Source: Candidatus Hydrogenedentota bacterium | Lineage (GTDB): Bacteria > Hydrogenedentota > Hydrogenedentia > Hydrogenedentales > SLHB01 | Length of the DNA: 64,000 nt | Direction of reading: 5' to 3' | NCBI GenBank assembly: GCA_963668025.2 | Contig: CAXXTH010000010.1 | Span: 1,024,001 to 1,088,000, forward strand | Shown: positions 9,640-19,446 of the stretch, piece after piece | Layout of the letters: every line of letters starts with the position of its first letter | Numbering within the stretch: the stretch's first letter is position 1 | Notes under the pieces: model-generated | Told to the model about the DNA's origin: nothing | Databases searched by the model: none | Seen by the model: the letters and a program-made list of their open reading frames with translations, nothing else | Program-made: the position numbers and the translations under genes

Positions 9640-12135
9640 TCATGAATGGAGCGCGAATGGGAATTCCCCATTTGGAGCGGGCTGCAACGGCTTTCCATTC
9701 ACCTTCACCTGCGCCTGGGCTCCCATGCCTTCTGGTGTTCGTATGATGCCGCTTATGCCCGCTGGCAGCGTGGCATGCAACGTGAATATTCCCGTTTCAT
9801 CAAAACGCCAGGAAACATGTATGGCGCCTTTAGGGCAATGCCAGGCCCCTTCCGCCCATGTGAGATCGGCGGGCTGGGGGGCGAGCAGGACTTCTTCAAA
9901 TCCTGGACGCAACGGCCGGATGCCCAAGACGTACCGGCTCAACAGGCTGGCCCCGATCACGCCGGGGCCCTGGGCGGCGGACCGGCTGTCTCGGGAACGC
10001 CAGCGGCCCGTGAAGCGCTCCCCTAGCAAGTTCCATATTTCCGGCACGGTGGACAGGCCCTGGTTGCGCACCCAATCAAAACGCGTACGCAACAAGTCCA
10101 GCGCCCACTGGGTGCGGCCGCGATGAAACAAACCTTCCAGCGCCCACAGAAAGCATAGATTCAACTGCCCATCATTCATTTTCGGGACGCGGAGGGCTTT
10201 TTCCATGGCGTTGCATTCGGCATCAGAGGCATAATCAAATAGCATCATCAGGAAATTCACGTGCTCGCTGGTATGAGCCGAACGTTCTCCCTCGATTAAG
10301 GCGTCGCTGTAAACGCCCCGCTCGGGAAGCCAGTATTGTTCCCGTAGCCGGGCGGCCAGCCGGGCGTGCTTTTCCTCGAACGCGGATGCTTCCTCGCTAA
10401 GGCCAAGAACGGACGCCATTGCCCTCAAGCACTGGAGTGCCCGGGCGTAGAGGACATTCGAGATGAGCGGTGCGCCACGCCGTTCGACATCCGCCCAATC
10501 GACAAACAGCGTGAACGGAGAAGGCCCGAGCAGCCCATCCGCGTCCAGATAACGTTCAATGAAAGCCAGCAGCTCACAAAAGTGCCGGTAAAACGCATCG
10601 ATTAAGAAACGTTTTCCTGTCAATCCGTAATAGCGATATAAATGGATAATCAGCAAGAATTGGGATTCAACATACAAGCTATACCGTTCGTCTTTGTTGC
10701 CTAATACGGTGTGAGGGAAGAAGCCGTACGCGAGCCTCGATCGCAATATGTCCATGAAGTATTTTTCATTAATAGCGGGATCACCGAAAACCGCGCAGAG
10801 CGTCTCCACCATCGCCAGCAGATCACCCGCATACTCCCGCCTTTCCCTGACTGGATTGTCCATTAAGCGGTCATAGGTGCATAATTCCAGCGTTTTCCGG
10901 CAGGCGCTCCAGATCCAATTGAGCCTCTCGTCGCTGCACTCAAACGCCCCGAGCGGCTCGAAGGGATACCGTTCGGACTCGAAACTCACTTTGTGGAGTT
11001 GGATGGGCTCCGCATGGCAGCGGAACGTGAGCCGCACATATCGGAAATGGCGCCAATGATAGGTCTTTGCTATTTGCCGCCCGTCTCGTGTAATGAATTC
11101 ATCGGCTAACGGGGTGCGGTGGGATAAATAGGGCGTTACTTCTCCATCCACTAAGAACTGGGCATATGCGATATCAATGAGCGCGCCTGCCGGAGCGGAT
11201 ATGTCCATGCGCACCCGGCCATTCATCAATTGACCCGCATCGAGCGTGATGCATGCGTCGTGGATGCCGGGGAAATCGCCTTCTCCGAAATCATTCCTCA
11301 TGGGGAAGATGCACACGTCCGCCGCCGCAAGGCTCAACAGACTCTCTTCGGATTCAATTTGGGTATATTGCGAAGGTTTTGGATGTTCCAGCGACATGCG
11401 GGCCGCTAGGTCTTCCATACGCCCCGGTTCGGCCCGCTGCAAGACTTCGCCAATCCCTACGATGGATTGAGGAAGGTGTTCACTGGTCTCGAAATAGGGT
11501 ATTGGGCGCTCCTCGAGCGCCAGCCAGGGCAATACCGTGGACCGGGCTGGATTCCAGTTCCATTGCTCCACATCCGCGCCTAATGTAACCAGTTCCGCCA
11601 TGGGCCACATGCAATCATCAAAATCCGCTGTGTCCCATCCTATCGGCTCTTTCCGGACATCGTAGAATTCCGCATAAGTCATTCGGTCTATTTTGGGCGC
11701 ATCGCGCCGCCAAGCACGGGCGCTGGCGCACCGCCACGAGGCATCGGAAACCACGCAAAGCGAATCCGCGTCCAATTGGCATAAAAACCCGCCCCGGCTC
11801 CAAAACCTCGAATTGGAAAGAGCAGCATCGGACCCATTGCCGAAATGATAAACTATCGCGGATACTATATTGCGGCCCGGCTGAAGTTTTCCGGCAACAT
11901 CATAGCTGTCGTAGCTTTGCCATCTCGGCTCGGTCATCACGGGGCCGCGTCCCACCAAGGAGCCATTAAGATGCAATTGGTAAGAAGTGTCGGCGGTGAT
12001 GCGAAGCCATGCCGCCGAAGGCAGTTGCTCGATAGTGAATGTTTTGCGGAAATACACAAAGGTATTTGACTGCGCGGGGTCATGTCCTGGCTGCCAAATC
12101 CATTGAGCCTTCCAAGGATTATGGATACTGCACAT
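9640..12135 (-). CDS. Alpha-L-rhamnosidase family (GH78) protein
   Basis: 'ITADTSYQLHLNG..VGRGP', 'MDNPVRERREYAGD', 'FVDW', C-terminal 'PQPADLTWAEG...PKG.I.VSW'. Confidence 0.85.
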   Translation of the reverse strand: MCSIHNPWKAQWIWQPGHDPAQSNTFVYFRKTFTIEQLPSAAWLRITADTSYQLHLNGSLVGRGPVMTEPRWQSYDSYDVAGKLQPGRNIVSAIVYHFGNGSDAALSNSRFWSRGGFLCQLDADSLCVVSDASWRCASARAWRRDAPKIDRMTYAEFYDVRKEPIGWDTADFDDCMWPMAELVTLGADVEQWNWNPARSTVLPWLALEERPIPYFETSEHLPQSIVGIGEVLQRAEPGRMEDLAARMSLEHPKPSQYTQIESEESLLSLAAADVCIFPMRNDFGEGDFPGIHDACITLDAGQLMNGRVRMDISAPAGALIDIAYAQFLVDGEVTPYLSHRTPLADEFITRDGRQIAKTYHWRHFRYVRLTFRCHAEPIQLHKVSFESERYPFEPLGAFECSDERLNWIWSACRKTLELCTYDRLMDNPVRERREYAGDLLAMVETLCAVFGDPAINEKYFMDILRSRLAYGFFPHTVLGNKDERYSLYVESQFLLIIHLYRYYGLTGKRFLIDAFYRHFCELLAFIERYLDADGLLGPSPFTLFVDWADVERRGAPLISNVLYARALQCLRAMASVLGLSEEASAFEEKHARLAARLREQYWLPERGVYSDALIEGERSAHTSEHVNFLMMLFDYASDAECNAMEKALRVPKMNDGQLNLCFLWALEGLFHRGRTQWALDLLRTRFDWVRNQGLSTVPEIWNLLGERFTGRWRSRDSRSAAQGPGVIGASLLSRYVLGIRPLRPGFEEVLLAPQPADLTWAEGAWHCPKGAIHVSWRFDETGIFTLHATLPAGISGIIRTPEGMGAQAQVKVNGKPLQPAPNGEFPFALHS

Positions 12136-12215
12136 GGGCGTTTCCTTCCAGGCCCTTCTCATTTGCCCTCTTTTGATAGGCGGTAGAGCGGGCCCATGCA
12201 AGGTTGCAGATTAAT

Positions 12216-12233
12216 TTGAAATACGTATTTCAA
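12216..12233. promoter_or_regulatory. Putative LacI-family operator
   Basis: Perfect 18-bp palindrome TTGAAATACGTATTTCAA with central CG, upstream of the GH78 operon and divergent from a LacI gene. Confidence 0.7.
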
Positions 12234-12549
12234 TTCACTTATTCTATACAAACACTTCCCCACTTTCAAGCCTCTTTTTTCGGTAGCCAGATAGGTGTTG
12301 CTTTAATATGGCCTATTTTCTATAGTTTCAACCAGTTTCGCTGCTACAAAATGCCGGTTCGAGTCCGGGTGTACATAAAATACACAGCTTTCTTGACACA
12401 CGTGATTCATACGTTGTATCATATATCAACGCAATAAAATGAACATCGGAGCGCATATGCATATAATTCAAGTGCGCCCCAATTACGCATCGATATACAA
12501 TGCATGCATGGTTCATTTGTTGCGGAAATAAAACGAGAAAGAGAACAAA

Positions 12550-13689
12550 ATGGCTCCTGGAGCTCCGAAATCAAAAAACGGGAACAACGTCACCATGCGG
12601 AATACCCGCCAGACGCTGCAATCCATCGCGCGTTTGGCTGGGGTCAGCTATTCCACGGTAGCCCGCGTCCTATCTGGCAATGCAAAATACCCGGTCAGCG
12701 CGAAAATGCGGGAGCATGTCATGAAGGTGGCGGGTGAACATGGATACTCGACCGATCCATTCGCGCGCTACATGCGCAAGCAGCGCAGCGATATTATCGG
12801 CATATGCGGCCATATGACCCGCGCCAGTTCGGAAGGAGACGCTTCGGATCGTTTCAATCTGAACCGGCGTGTCGCAGGCATCCATTCCAGCATTGAAGCC
12901 ACGAATTACAACTTGATGGTGCTGCTGCGCGATGACATGGATCCGAATCTGGAAATGCGCATGACGAAGAGTGTGGCGTATTTGGATGGCCTCATCTACA
13001 GTTATCCCATTATCCGGCATAAACCGTTCTTGTTGCGTCTGGCGCAACGATTGCCCATTGTCATCGAACAAGGCGAAGGCATAAATGAGTTGTGTTCCGT
13101 ATCCGTGGACCAATATGGGGCGATTGTCGCCGCCACGCAATTATTGGTGAACAGGGGCTGCAAGCGCATCGCACTGATGACCCACTATGGAACGGAGTAT
13201 TATCACAACCGTATCCGCCTTGGCGCATTCCAGGATGCGATGAAATCTTGCGGCCTTTCCCTTGAAGAAGACCAGATTATCACCGGCTGCCGTGGGGCCC
13301 GCAGCGCATTCGAATCCGTATCACGCCTGTTGCATAAATCCAAGCGGATTGACGGTTTGATCGCGCCCCGTGACGCCCAGTTAGCGGGCTCCATCAACGC
13401 GATCGAAGAAGCCAGCCTGGTAATAGGCAAAGACATCCGGCTCATATCCATTAACGAAACGGAGCTTTCCCGGCACATGAAGCCGGGCATATCCGTAATC
13501 CGCTTTCCAACAGAACAGGTCGCACGCGAATCGTTCGAGCTGCTGCTGCGTATCTTAGAAGGCCAGGTTCAAGAGCCTGAGCACATCCTCATTCCCGCCA
13601 CGATTGTCGAACGGCAATCCACCGCAGGTGACTCAGCCACATTGGGTTCTCCCACGCATGGCGAGGTGACGCTATTCCCGGATGAATAA
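12550..13689 (+). CDS. LacI-family transcriptional regulator
   Basis: HTH 'TLQSIARLAGVSYSTVARVLSG' plus a sugar-binding domain. Start may be 12595. Confidence 0.9.
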   Translation: MAPGAPKSKNGNNVTMRNTRQTLQSIARLAGVSYSTVARVLSGNAKYPVSAKMREHVMKVAGEHGYSTDPFARYMRKQRSDIIGICGHMTRASSEGDASDRFNLNRRVAGIHSSIEATNYNLMVLLRDDMDPNLEMRMTKSVAYLDGLIYSYPIIRHKPFLLRLAQRLPIVIEQGEGINELCSVSVDQYGAIVAATQLLVNRGCKRIALMTHYGTEYYHNRIRLGAFQDAMKSCGLSLEEDQIITGCRGARSAFESVSRLLHKSKRIDGLIAPRDAQLAGSINAIEEASLVIGKDIRLISINETELSRHMKPGISVIRFPTEQVARESFELLLRILEGQVQEPEHILIPATIVERQSTAGDSATLGSPTHGEVTLFPDE

Positions 13690-13777
13690 GGAGCATGGCC
13701 TCCACCAGTGCGAACGGGAGCTGCAAGCAGCATCCCGTGCGGGGGGCTGTTTTTTGCCAAATGAGAGGAGATTTTGT

Positions 13778-14665
13778 ATGGATTCAACATCATCCACTGC
13801 CACGCCGCCGCAACGGCCCGGGCCCGCAAGAAATGGAATGGATTTGGACATAGGCCAGCTTGAATGCATGGCGCGCCAATTGCGCATCGCTATTATCAAG
13901 ATGATTCACCAAGCGGGTTCTGGGCATCCGGGCGGCTCGCTCTCCATATGTGAGATCTTGTCCACCTTGTATTTCTCCGAACTGCAACTGGAGCCTCAAC
14001 AGCCATCCAAACCTTCACGGGACCGGTTTATTTTATCCAAGGGCCATGCCGCGCCCGCGCTGTATGCCGTCATGGCCAAGCGCGGATTCTTCCCCGAGGA
14101 AGAGCTGGCCACCCTGCGCAAGATCGGCAGCCGCCTCCAGGGACACCCTGACAGCAAAAAACTGCCCGGAGTGGATATCTCCAGCGGCTCGCTTGGGATG
14201 GGCATTTCTTTCGGCATCGGCTGCGCCTTAGCTGCCCGGTTAAGCGGCCAGCAGTATCGCACGTATGTTTTGACGGGATGCGGCGAATTGGATGAAGGCC
14301 AGAATTGGGAAGGATTGATGACCGCCGCTAAATATGGCCTAGACAATCTGATGGCCATCGTGGATTATAACAAGGTGCAGCTCGACGGTACGAACGACGA
14401 GATCCTCCCTCTCGGGGATCTATGCGCGAAACTCCGCGCGTTCTCCTGGAACGTGCTCGAATGCGGCGGCCATAACATCCAAGAATTACTCGATGCGTAT
14501 GAACAAGCGCGCGCCACAAAAGGGATTCCCACGGTGCTGGTGGCCCATACCATTAAGGGAAAGGGCGTCTCTTACATGGAACATAAATGCCAATGGCATG
14601 GGGCCCCCATCAGCGAACAGCAATGCGCGTGCGCCATGTCGGAATTGGAAGGAGTATCCATATGA
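13778..14665 (+). CDS. Transketolase, N-terminal (TPP-binding) subunit
   Basis: 'SGHPGGSLS', 'RDRFILSKGHAAPALY', 'LQGHP', 'SGSLGMG'. GAGGAG RBS. Confidence 0.93.
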   Translation: MDSTSSTATPPQRPGPARNGMDLDIGQLECMARQLRIAIIKMIHQAGSGHPGGSLSICEILSTLYFSELQLEPQQPSKPSRDRFILSKGHAAPALYAVMAKRGFFPEEELATLRKIGSRLQGHPDSKKLPGVDISSGSLGMGISFGIGCALAARLSGQQYRTYVLTGCGELDEGQNWEGLMTAAKYGLDNLMAIVDYNKVQLDGTNDEILPLGDLCAKLRAFSWNVLECGGHNIQELLDAYEQARATKGIPTVLVAHTIKGKGVSYMEHKCQWHGAPISEQQCACAMSELEGVSI

Positions 14666-15612
14666 GCAACAAGCCCCTGCGGGACATATTCGGGGAAGCG
14701 CTTCGCGACTTGGGTGCGCAGAACCCAAAAGTAGTCGCGCTGGACGCGGATTTAGCGGGAGCAACGCGCTCTGGCGTTTTCGGCAAAGCCTATCCCGAAC
14801 GTTTTTTCAACGTAGGCATCACCGAAGCCAATATGGTATCCGTAGCGGCGGGGCTGTCCACCTGTGGATATATCCCCTTCGCTTGCACCTTTAGTTTCCT
14901 GATGACCTTGCGCGCCGCCGACCAAATTCGCAGCCAGGTGTGTTATCCTAAGCTCAACGTGAAGCTTGTGGGCACCAATGGGGGATTATCCGGATTCGGC
15001 GATGGAGCCACCCATCAAAGCGTCATGGATCTGGCCATCATGCGCGCCATGCCGGGCATGACGGTCATCATTCCCAGCGATGCAGCTACTTTACGCGCGG
15101 CGGTTTTTGCCGCCGCCGACTACACCGGCCCCTTGTTTTTGCGCGTGCCGCGCGTTCCCGCACGAGATATCCATGATGCGTCGGAGCCTTTCGCCATCGG
15201 CAAAGGATATAAGCTGCGCGATGGCAAGGATGTCACTTTGGTGGCCACGGGACTCATGGCCGCCATAGCGCTAGACGCCGCCGACGCCCTCTGCGGCGAA
15301 GGATTGAGCGCTGAAGTCATCGAGATTCCCACGCTCAAACCGATGGATTCCATGTTGATCGCTGAGAGCCTAGCCAAAACCCATGCCGTAGTCACCGTGG
15401 AAGAGCATTCCCGGTTCGGCGGCCTTTTCTCCGCCATAGCCGAGACCGCCGGGGAAATGTCGCCCTCGGCCATGGGCCACGTCGCTATAGAGGACCGTTT
15501 CGGCGAATCGGGTGAGTATGACGAGATTCTTGAATCCTGTGGGCTGACCGTGGCCCATATCGTGGAAGAAGCTAAAAGCGCGATGGCGCGCAAACAGGCT
15601 ATGGCAAGCTGA
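14662..15612 (+). CDS. Transketolase, C-terminal subunit
   Basis: 'YPERFFNVGITEANMV', 'DGATHQ', 'VVTVEEH'. ATGA overlap with the upstream gene. Confidence 0.93.
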   Translation: MSNKPLRDIFGEALRDLGAQNPKVVALDADLAGATRSGVFGKAYPERFFNVGITEANMVSVAAGLSTCGYIPFACTFSFLMTLRAADQIRSQVCYPKLNVKLVGTNGGLSGFGDGATHQSVMDLAIMRAMPGMTVIIPSDAATLRAAVFAAADYTGPLFLRVPRVPARDIHDASEPFAIGKGYKLRDGKDVTLVATGLMAAIALDAADALCGEGLSAEVIEIPTLKPMDSMLIAESLAKTHAVVTVEEHSRFGGLFSAIAETAGEMSPSAMGHVAIEDRFGESGEYDEILESCGLTVAHIVEEAKSAMARKQAMAS

Positions 15613-15666
15613 CGAATGCCCATTTTATGCCACATCGCTTGATATATCGAAAAGAAGGAAACAGCT

Positions 15667-16434
15667 ATGAGCACACAATTATTTGACTTATCTGGAAAAA
15701 TCGCACTGGTTACGGGTTCCAGCCGGGGGCTGGGTTTCACCATCGCCAAAGGGCTGGGACAAGCAGGCGCCACGGTCGTACTAAACGACAATGTGCAAGA
15801 ACGCCTCGGCGCGGCGTGCAAAGACTTGCAACAAGAAGGCATGCAAGCACACGGCTATGTGTTTGACGTGACCGACAAGAATCAAGTGAAAGATGCCGTC
15901 GCCAAGATAGAACAAGAGGTGGGCCCCATCGGAATTCTGGTGAACAACGTCGGGATACAGATTCGGCGGCCTCTCGAAGAGTTTGATGAAGACGACTGGG
16001 AGCGCATCGTTAAAATCAATCTGACTAGCATGTTCATTGTCAGCAAATACGTCGTACACGGCATGATTGAACGAAAAAGCGGCAAGATCATCCTTATCGG
16101 CTCGATGCAATCGGAACTCGGCCGCCCCACCATTACTCCCTACGCGGCCACGAAGGGCGGTGTGAAGATGCTGATGCGCGGCATGGCCACGGAATGGGCG
16201 AAACATAACATTCAAATCAACGGAATCGGGCCCGGCTACTTCATTACCGACATGACCAAAGCGTTGGTGGAAGACGAAAAATTTAACTCGTGGCTTTGCT
16301 CGCGCACCCCGGCCAACCGGTGGGGAAATCCAGAGGAACTCATCGGCGCCGCCGTGTTCCTGTCATCCAAGGCCTCGGACTATGTGAATGGACATATGCT
16401 TTATGTGGACGGCGGCATGCTGGCGTGCGTGTAA
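15667..16434 (+). CDS. Gluconate 5-dehydrogenase-like SDR (IdnO/KduD type)
   Basis: 'FDLSGKIALVTGSSRGLG', 'QSELGRPTITPYAATKGG', 'RTPANRWG', 'YVDGGMLA'. Confidence 0.85.
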   Translation: MSTQLFDLSGKIALVTGSSRGLGFTIAKGLGQAGATVVLNDNVQERLGAACKDLQQEGMQAHGYVFDVTDKNQVKDAVAKIEQEVGPIGILVNNVGIQIRRPLEEFDEDDWERIVKINLTSMFIVSKYVVHGMIERKSGKIILIGSMQSELGRPTITPYAATKGGVKMLMRGMATEWAKHNIQINGIGPGYFITDMTKALVEDEKFNSWLCSRTPANRWGNPEELIGAAVFLSSKASDYVNGHMLYVDGGMLACV

Positions 16435-16469
16435 ACAGCCTAAAATGAATCTAGAAAGGATTCCGCCAA

Positions 16470-17399
16470 ATGAGTATGCAACAGGGGCCTGCACTCTGGC
16501 CTAAAGGCGTCATTGTTCCACTAGCGACTCTCATCACCGAAACAGAACAACTGGACCGGCATGCGTTTGAAGAATTGCTTTCCCTCCAACTCGATAACGG
16601 CGTGGACGCCCTCTTCGTATTGGGTTCCGTAGGTGAAGGGCCCATGCTTGCCGACTCAGTCCGGCTAGATGTCGTCCGGGCGGCGGTGGGGTTCGCCAAT
16701 GGACGCGCGCCTGTATTTGCGGGTGTGATGGATAATTCCGTCGCGCTCGTGCTCGAACGCATCAAACGCATCGCGGAAGCAGGAGCGCAAGCAGCAGTAA
16801 CCACACTCCCTTATTATGGCTGGTACAACAACGAGGAGAGCGCCCGGGAGTTTTTCTTCTCCATCGCCGATGCCTCGCCCATTCCCATCATCGCTTACAA
16901 CCTGCCCCGCGTCACGGGTGTCAGCCTCAGCTACGAGGTGCTTCGCGATATGGCGCAGCATCCGAATATTTGCAGTGTGAAAGACACCCGGGCCGATCTC
17001 GAAAGCATGCGCGCCGCCGCTGCCATGCCGGAGCGTAAAGGCCGGATGAGCTATGTCGCGGGCAACTCCGCATTCGCGGGTGAATTGATGGCCTGCGGCG
17101 GGGACGGCGTCGTCAGCGTGCTGGGCAACTTCTTTCCGGAGCTTCTGGCGGCGCTATACAAAGCCCATCAGGCCAATGACGCTCCGCGCGTGGCGGATAT
17201 TTCCGCTATTCTGGCGGGTCTTTCCAAGGTGTTGAGTCTGCCCACCACGCCCGGCGGCGTGAAGTGCGCGCTGGAACTCCGCAATATCGGCACATCGCGT
17301 ACGATCCGGCCTTGGCCTAAAGTGCTGCCCGAACACAAAGCGCAGATTGTTCAATTGATAGACACCGCCAAAGCAGCGTTTAACGTGCTGAGCAACTAA
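16470..17399 (+). CDS. DapA/NanA-family aldolase or dehydratase
   Basis: 'GSVGEG', 'YNLP', catalytic Lys in 'SVKDT'. Confidence 0.85.
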   Translation: MSMQQGPALWPKGVIVPLATLITETEQLDRHAFEELLSLQLDNGVDALFVLGSVGEGPMLADSVRLDVVRAAVGFANGRAPVFAGVMDNSVALVLERIKRIAEAGAQAAVTTLPYYGWYNNEESAREFFFSIADASPIPIIAYNLPRVTGVSLSYEVLRDMAQHPNICSVKDTRADLESMRAAAAMPERKGRMSYVAGNSAFAGELMACGGDGVVSVLGNFFPELLAALYKAHQANDAPRVADISAILAGLSKVLSLPTTPGGVKCALELRNIGTSRTIRPWPKVLPEHKAQIVQLIDTAKAAFNVLSN

Positions 17400-17414
17400 A
17401 CAAGCGGCAGATCT

Positions 17415-17464
17415 CGTAGCATGGCCGTCCCGGCCATGAGCATGGGCGGGACGCCCATGCTACG
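17415..17464. repeat. GTAG-type REP doublet (inverted pair) between convergent genes
   Basis: cGTAGCATGGCCGTCCCGGCCATG-ag-CATGGGCGGGACGCCCATGCTACg. Confidence 0.7.
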
Positions 17465-17500
17465 GGATAACTCACAAAATGTACGCTTAAATCTACCTCT

Positions 17501-18181
17501 CTATTCGGCCGACAGCCGCCATTGTATTTCGAAGCGCTGGCCGAGGTTTTTCCATTGGATGGTGGGGCGGCCGTTTTCGATAGATTGGCGCTTAGGTTTC
17601 GGTTCCACACCGAGCACTTCGGCCTTCGGCGGCAGCACTACCGTGACTTCATTGTGACTGCCCAAACCAGGATGGTTGGCATCATGCCAAACACCGGATT
17701 CATCCCGATACAACCCATATCGCTTTCCTTCATGCTCAACGAAGCCCATAGGGGCTTGCCGCTTGGTCCGCACGGTATAGCAAAGCCGCCCGCCCTTGAA
17801 TACAGGCGGCTCCAATTCCGCCACATAACGCGTCATGGAACCGTCAGGCTCACTACGCCATGAAAGCGGCTTCCCTTCCCCATCCCACCCTTGTATGTCT
17901 TCCGCTGCCGGATTGTCTGGCTGCATGGCGGCAGCGCCACTTACGAACGAGACTTCGCGCTTCGGCGTATCGCCCTTGTAGGTCTTGTCAATATGGAGCA
18001 CCCATTCCGATGCGCCTTGGGCGTCAATATACGTGAATGCCTGAACCGTTCCGAGCGATTGCATGGAAAACGCATGGCCAAAATAACTGCCGCAGAGCAT
18101 GGCTGGAACCACAATAGCGATGCTTGCGATGCGGCTTACGGTCTTGACCGGCATTTGAGAGAATAAATTCATTGTCCGCAT
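17501..18181 (-). CDS. Hypothetical membrane-anchored or exported protein
   Basis: Third gene of the ECF sigma operon; N-terminal hydrophobic segment. Confidence 0.6.
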   Translation of the reverse strand: MRTMNLFSQMPVKTVSRIASIAIVVPAMLCGSYFGHAFSMQSLGTVQAFTYIDAQGASEWVLHIDKTYKGDTPKREVSFVSGAAAMQPDNPAAEDIQGWDGEGKPLSWRSEPDGSMTRYVAELEPPVFKGGRLCYTVRTKRQAPMGFVEHEGKRYGLYRDESGVWHDANHPGLGSHNEVTVVLPPKAEVLGVEPKPKRQSIENGRPTIQWKNLGQRFEIQWRLSAE

Positions 18182-18576
18182 GTGTCCTTATCCTCCCCAT
18201 GGACGCTGGCGGGCGCTACCGACGCCGCGAGTTCCGCCAACTGTTGTTGCACCTGCTTCACTTCACGCATCATTACATTCCGGCTATCCACCACCCAATA
18301 CCAGAGCCGGATGAGCACGGTTGTTTCCAGGCCGATCATCAACACGGCGAATCCCATGATGGTGATGCGCACTTCACTGGCAAGAAGTATAAAAAAACAT
18401 CCCAATACCATGAGCCCCATGCCGGCCAGCATGCCTATTGTCGTGTGCAAAATGAGCAGCTTGCGCTTGTTCTCCATTTCCTGGGTGAGCCGCTGGCGAA
18501 GGGCCTCCAGAGCACTATCTTCAATGGATGCGCCGCCAAATAGCAGCTCTTGGGCGCCCGGTGGTTCTCGTTTCAT
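18169..18576 (-). CDS. Two-TM putative anti-sigma factor
   Basis: Coupled to the ECF sigma gene. Two TM helices followed by 'LWYW...RN..MREVKQVQQQLAEL'. Confidence 0.65.
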   Translation of the reverse strand: MKREPPGAQELLFGGASIEDSALEALRQRLTQEMENKRKLLILHTTIGMLAGMGLMVLGCFFILLASEVRITIMGFAVLMIGLETTVLIRLWYWVVDSRNVMMREVKQVQQQLAELAASVAPASVHGEDKDTCGQ

Positions 18577-19118
18577 TGATGCATTTCCTCCATGGTTCGC
18601 CGCAACTGAATACGGCAATGGTGCAGGCGTGATTTCACCGTACCTACCGGTATGCCCAGCGCCTCTGCAATTTCACCAATCGTCAATCCTTCAAAGTAAT
18701 AGAGCGAAATCAAGGCGCGGCCTTCCGTCGGAAGCATCTTCAACGCCTGGGCCAAGGCCTCGCCGCGCGGATCCTCCAACGGTGTGGAATCCGGCGTATC
18801 AGACTGCGCCTCTAAATGTTCATCCAACCGGCGGCGGCGCTGCTGTTTGCGCACCCAGTCCACCGACTTTCCATGCGCGATGCGAAACGCCCATGCTGGA
18901 AATGCCCCCGGCTCATCGAGATCAGCCAGTTTCTTCACAATGGCCAGCCAAATCTCTTGGGTGACATCCCACGCCGCATCTTCATGGGTCAACAACCGCA
19001 CATGCCTCAGCAGACGGGGCGTCCAGCGCCGGACCAATTCATCCAGCGCCGATGCGTCGCCGCCCTGGCTTCGCACCACTAATAACTCCTCATAAATCTC
19101 ATCTGCTCGCTTAGTCAT
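18573..19118 (-). CDS. ECF RNA polymerase sigma-70 factor
   Basis: 'DAAWDVTQEIW', 'FPAWAFRIA', 'EIAEALGIPVGTVKSRL'. Confidence 0.92.
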   Translation of the reverse strand: MTKRADEIYEELLVVRSQGGDASALDELVRRWTPRLLRHVRLLTHEDAAWDVTQEIWLAIVKKLADLDEPGAFPAWAFRIAHGKSVDWVRKQQRRRRLDEHLEAQSDTPDSTPLEDPRGEALAQALKMLPTEGRALISLYYFEGLTIGEIAEALGIPVGTVKSRLHHCRIQLRRTMEEMHQ

Positions 19119-19446
19119 CACTATAAGGTCGTTTCGCAAAGGACAGAGGTTCAACCAGAATCCATAGATAGAAATGGACGGAAAGAGCGTTATTTTGCAT
19201 ATCCTACCACCCGCCTGCACGTATGAAGTTAAAAATCATCATTGCATGGCGTATGGACCGATCTCCCAGATAATGAATTTCTCGCATTTTATAATAAAGG
19301 GCAACTATTTGCCGCCCTGTATACTGAACATATAGATAGGTTGACAAACAGAAAATGATCGGGTACGGTTATTGAGTCTGATGTGATGTGATGTGATGCT
19401 TTGGCCAGCACCTACCTATCCATCTTGTAGCCGAGGAGAACATGCT

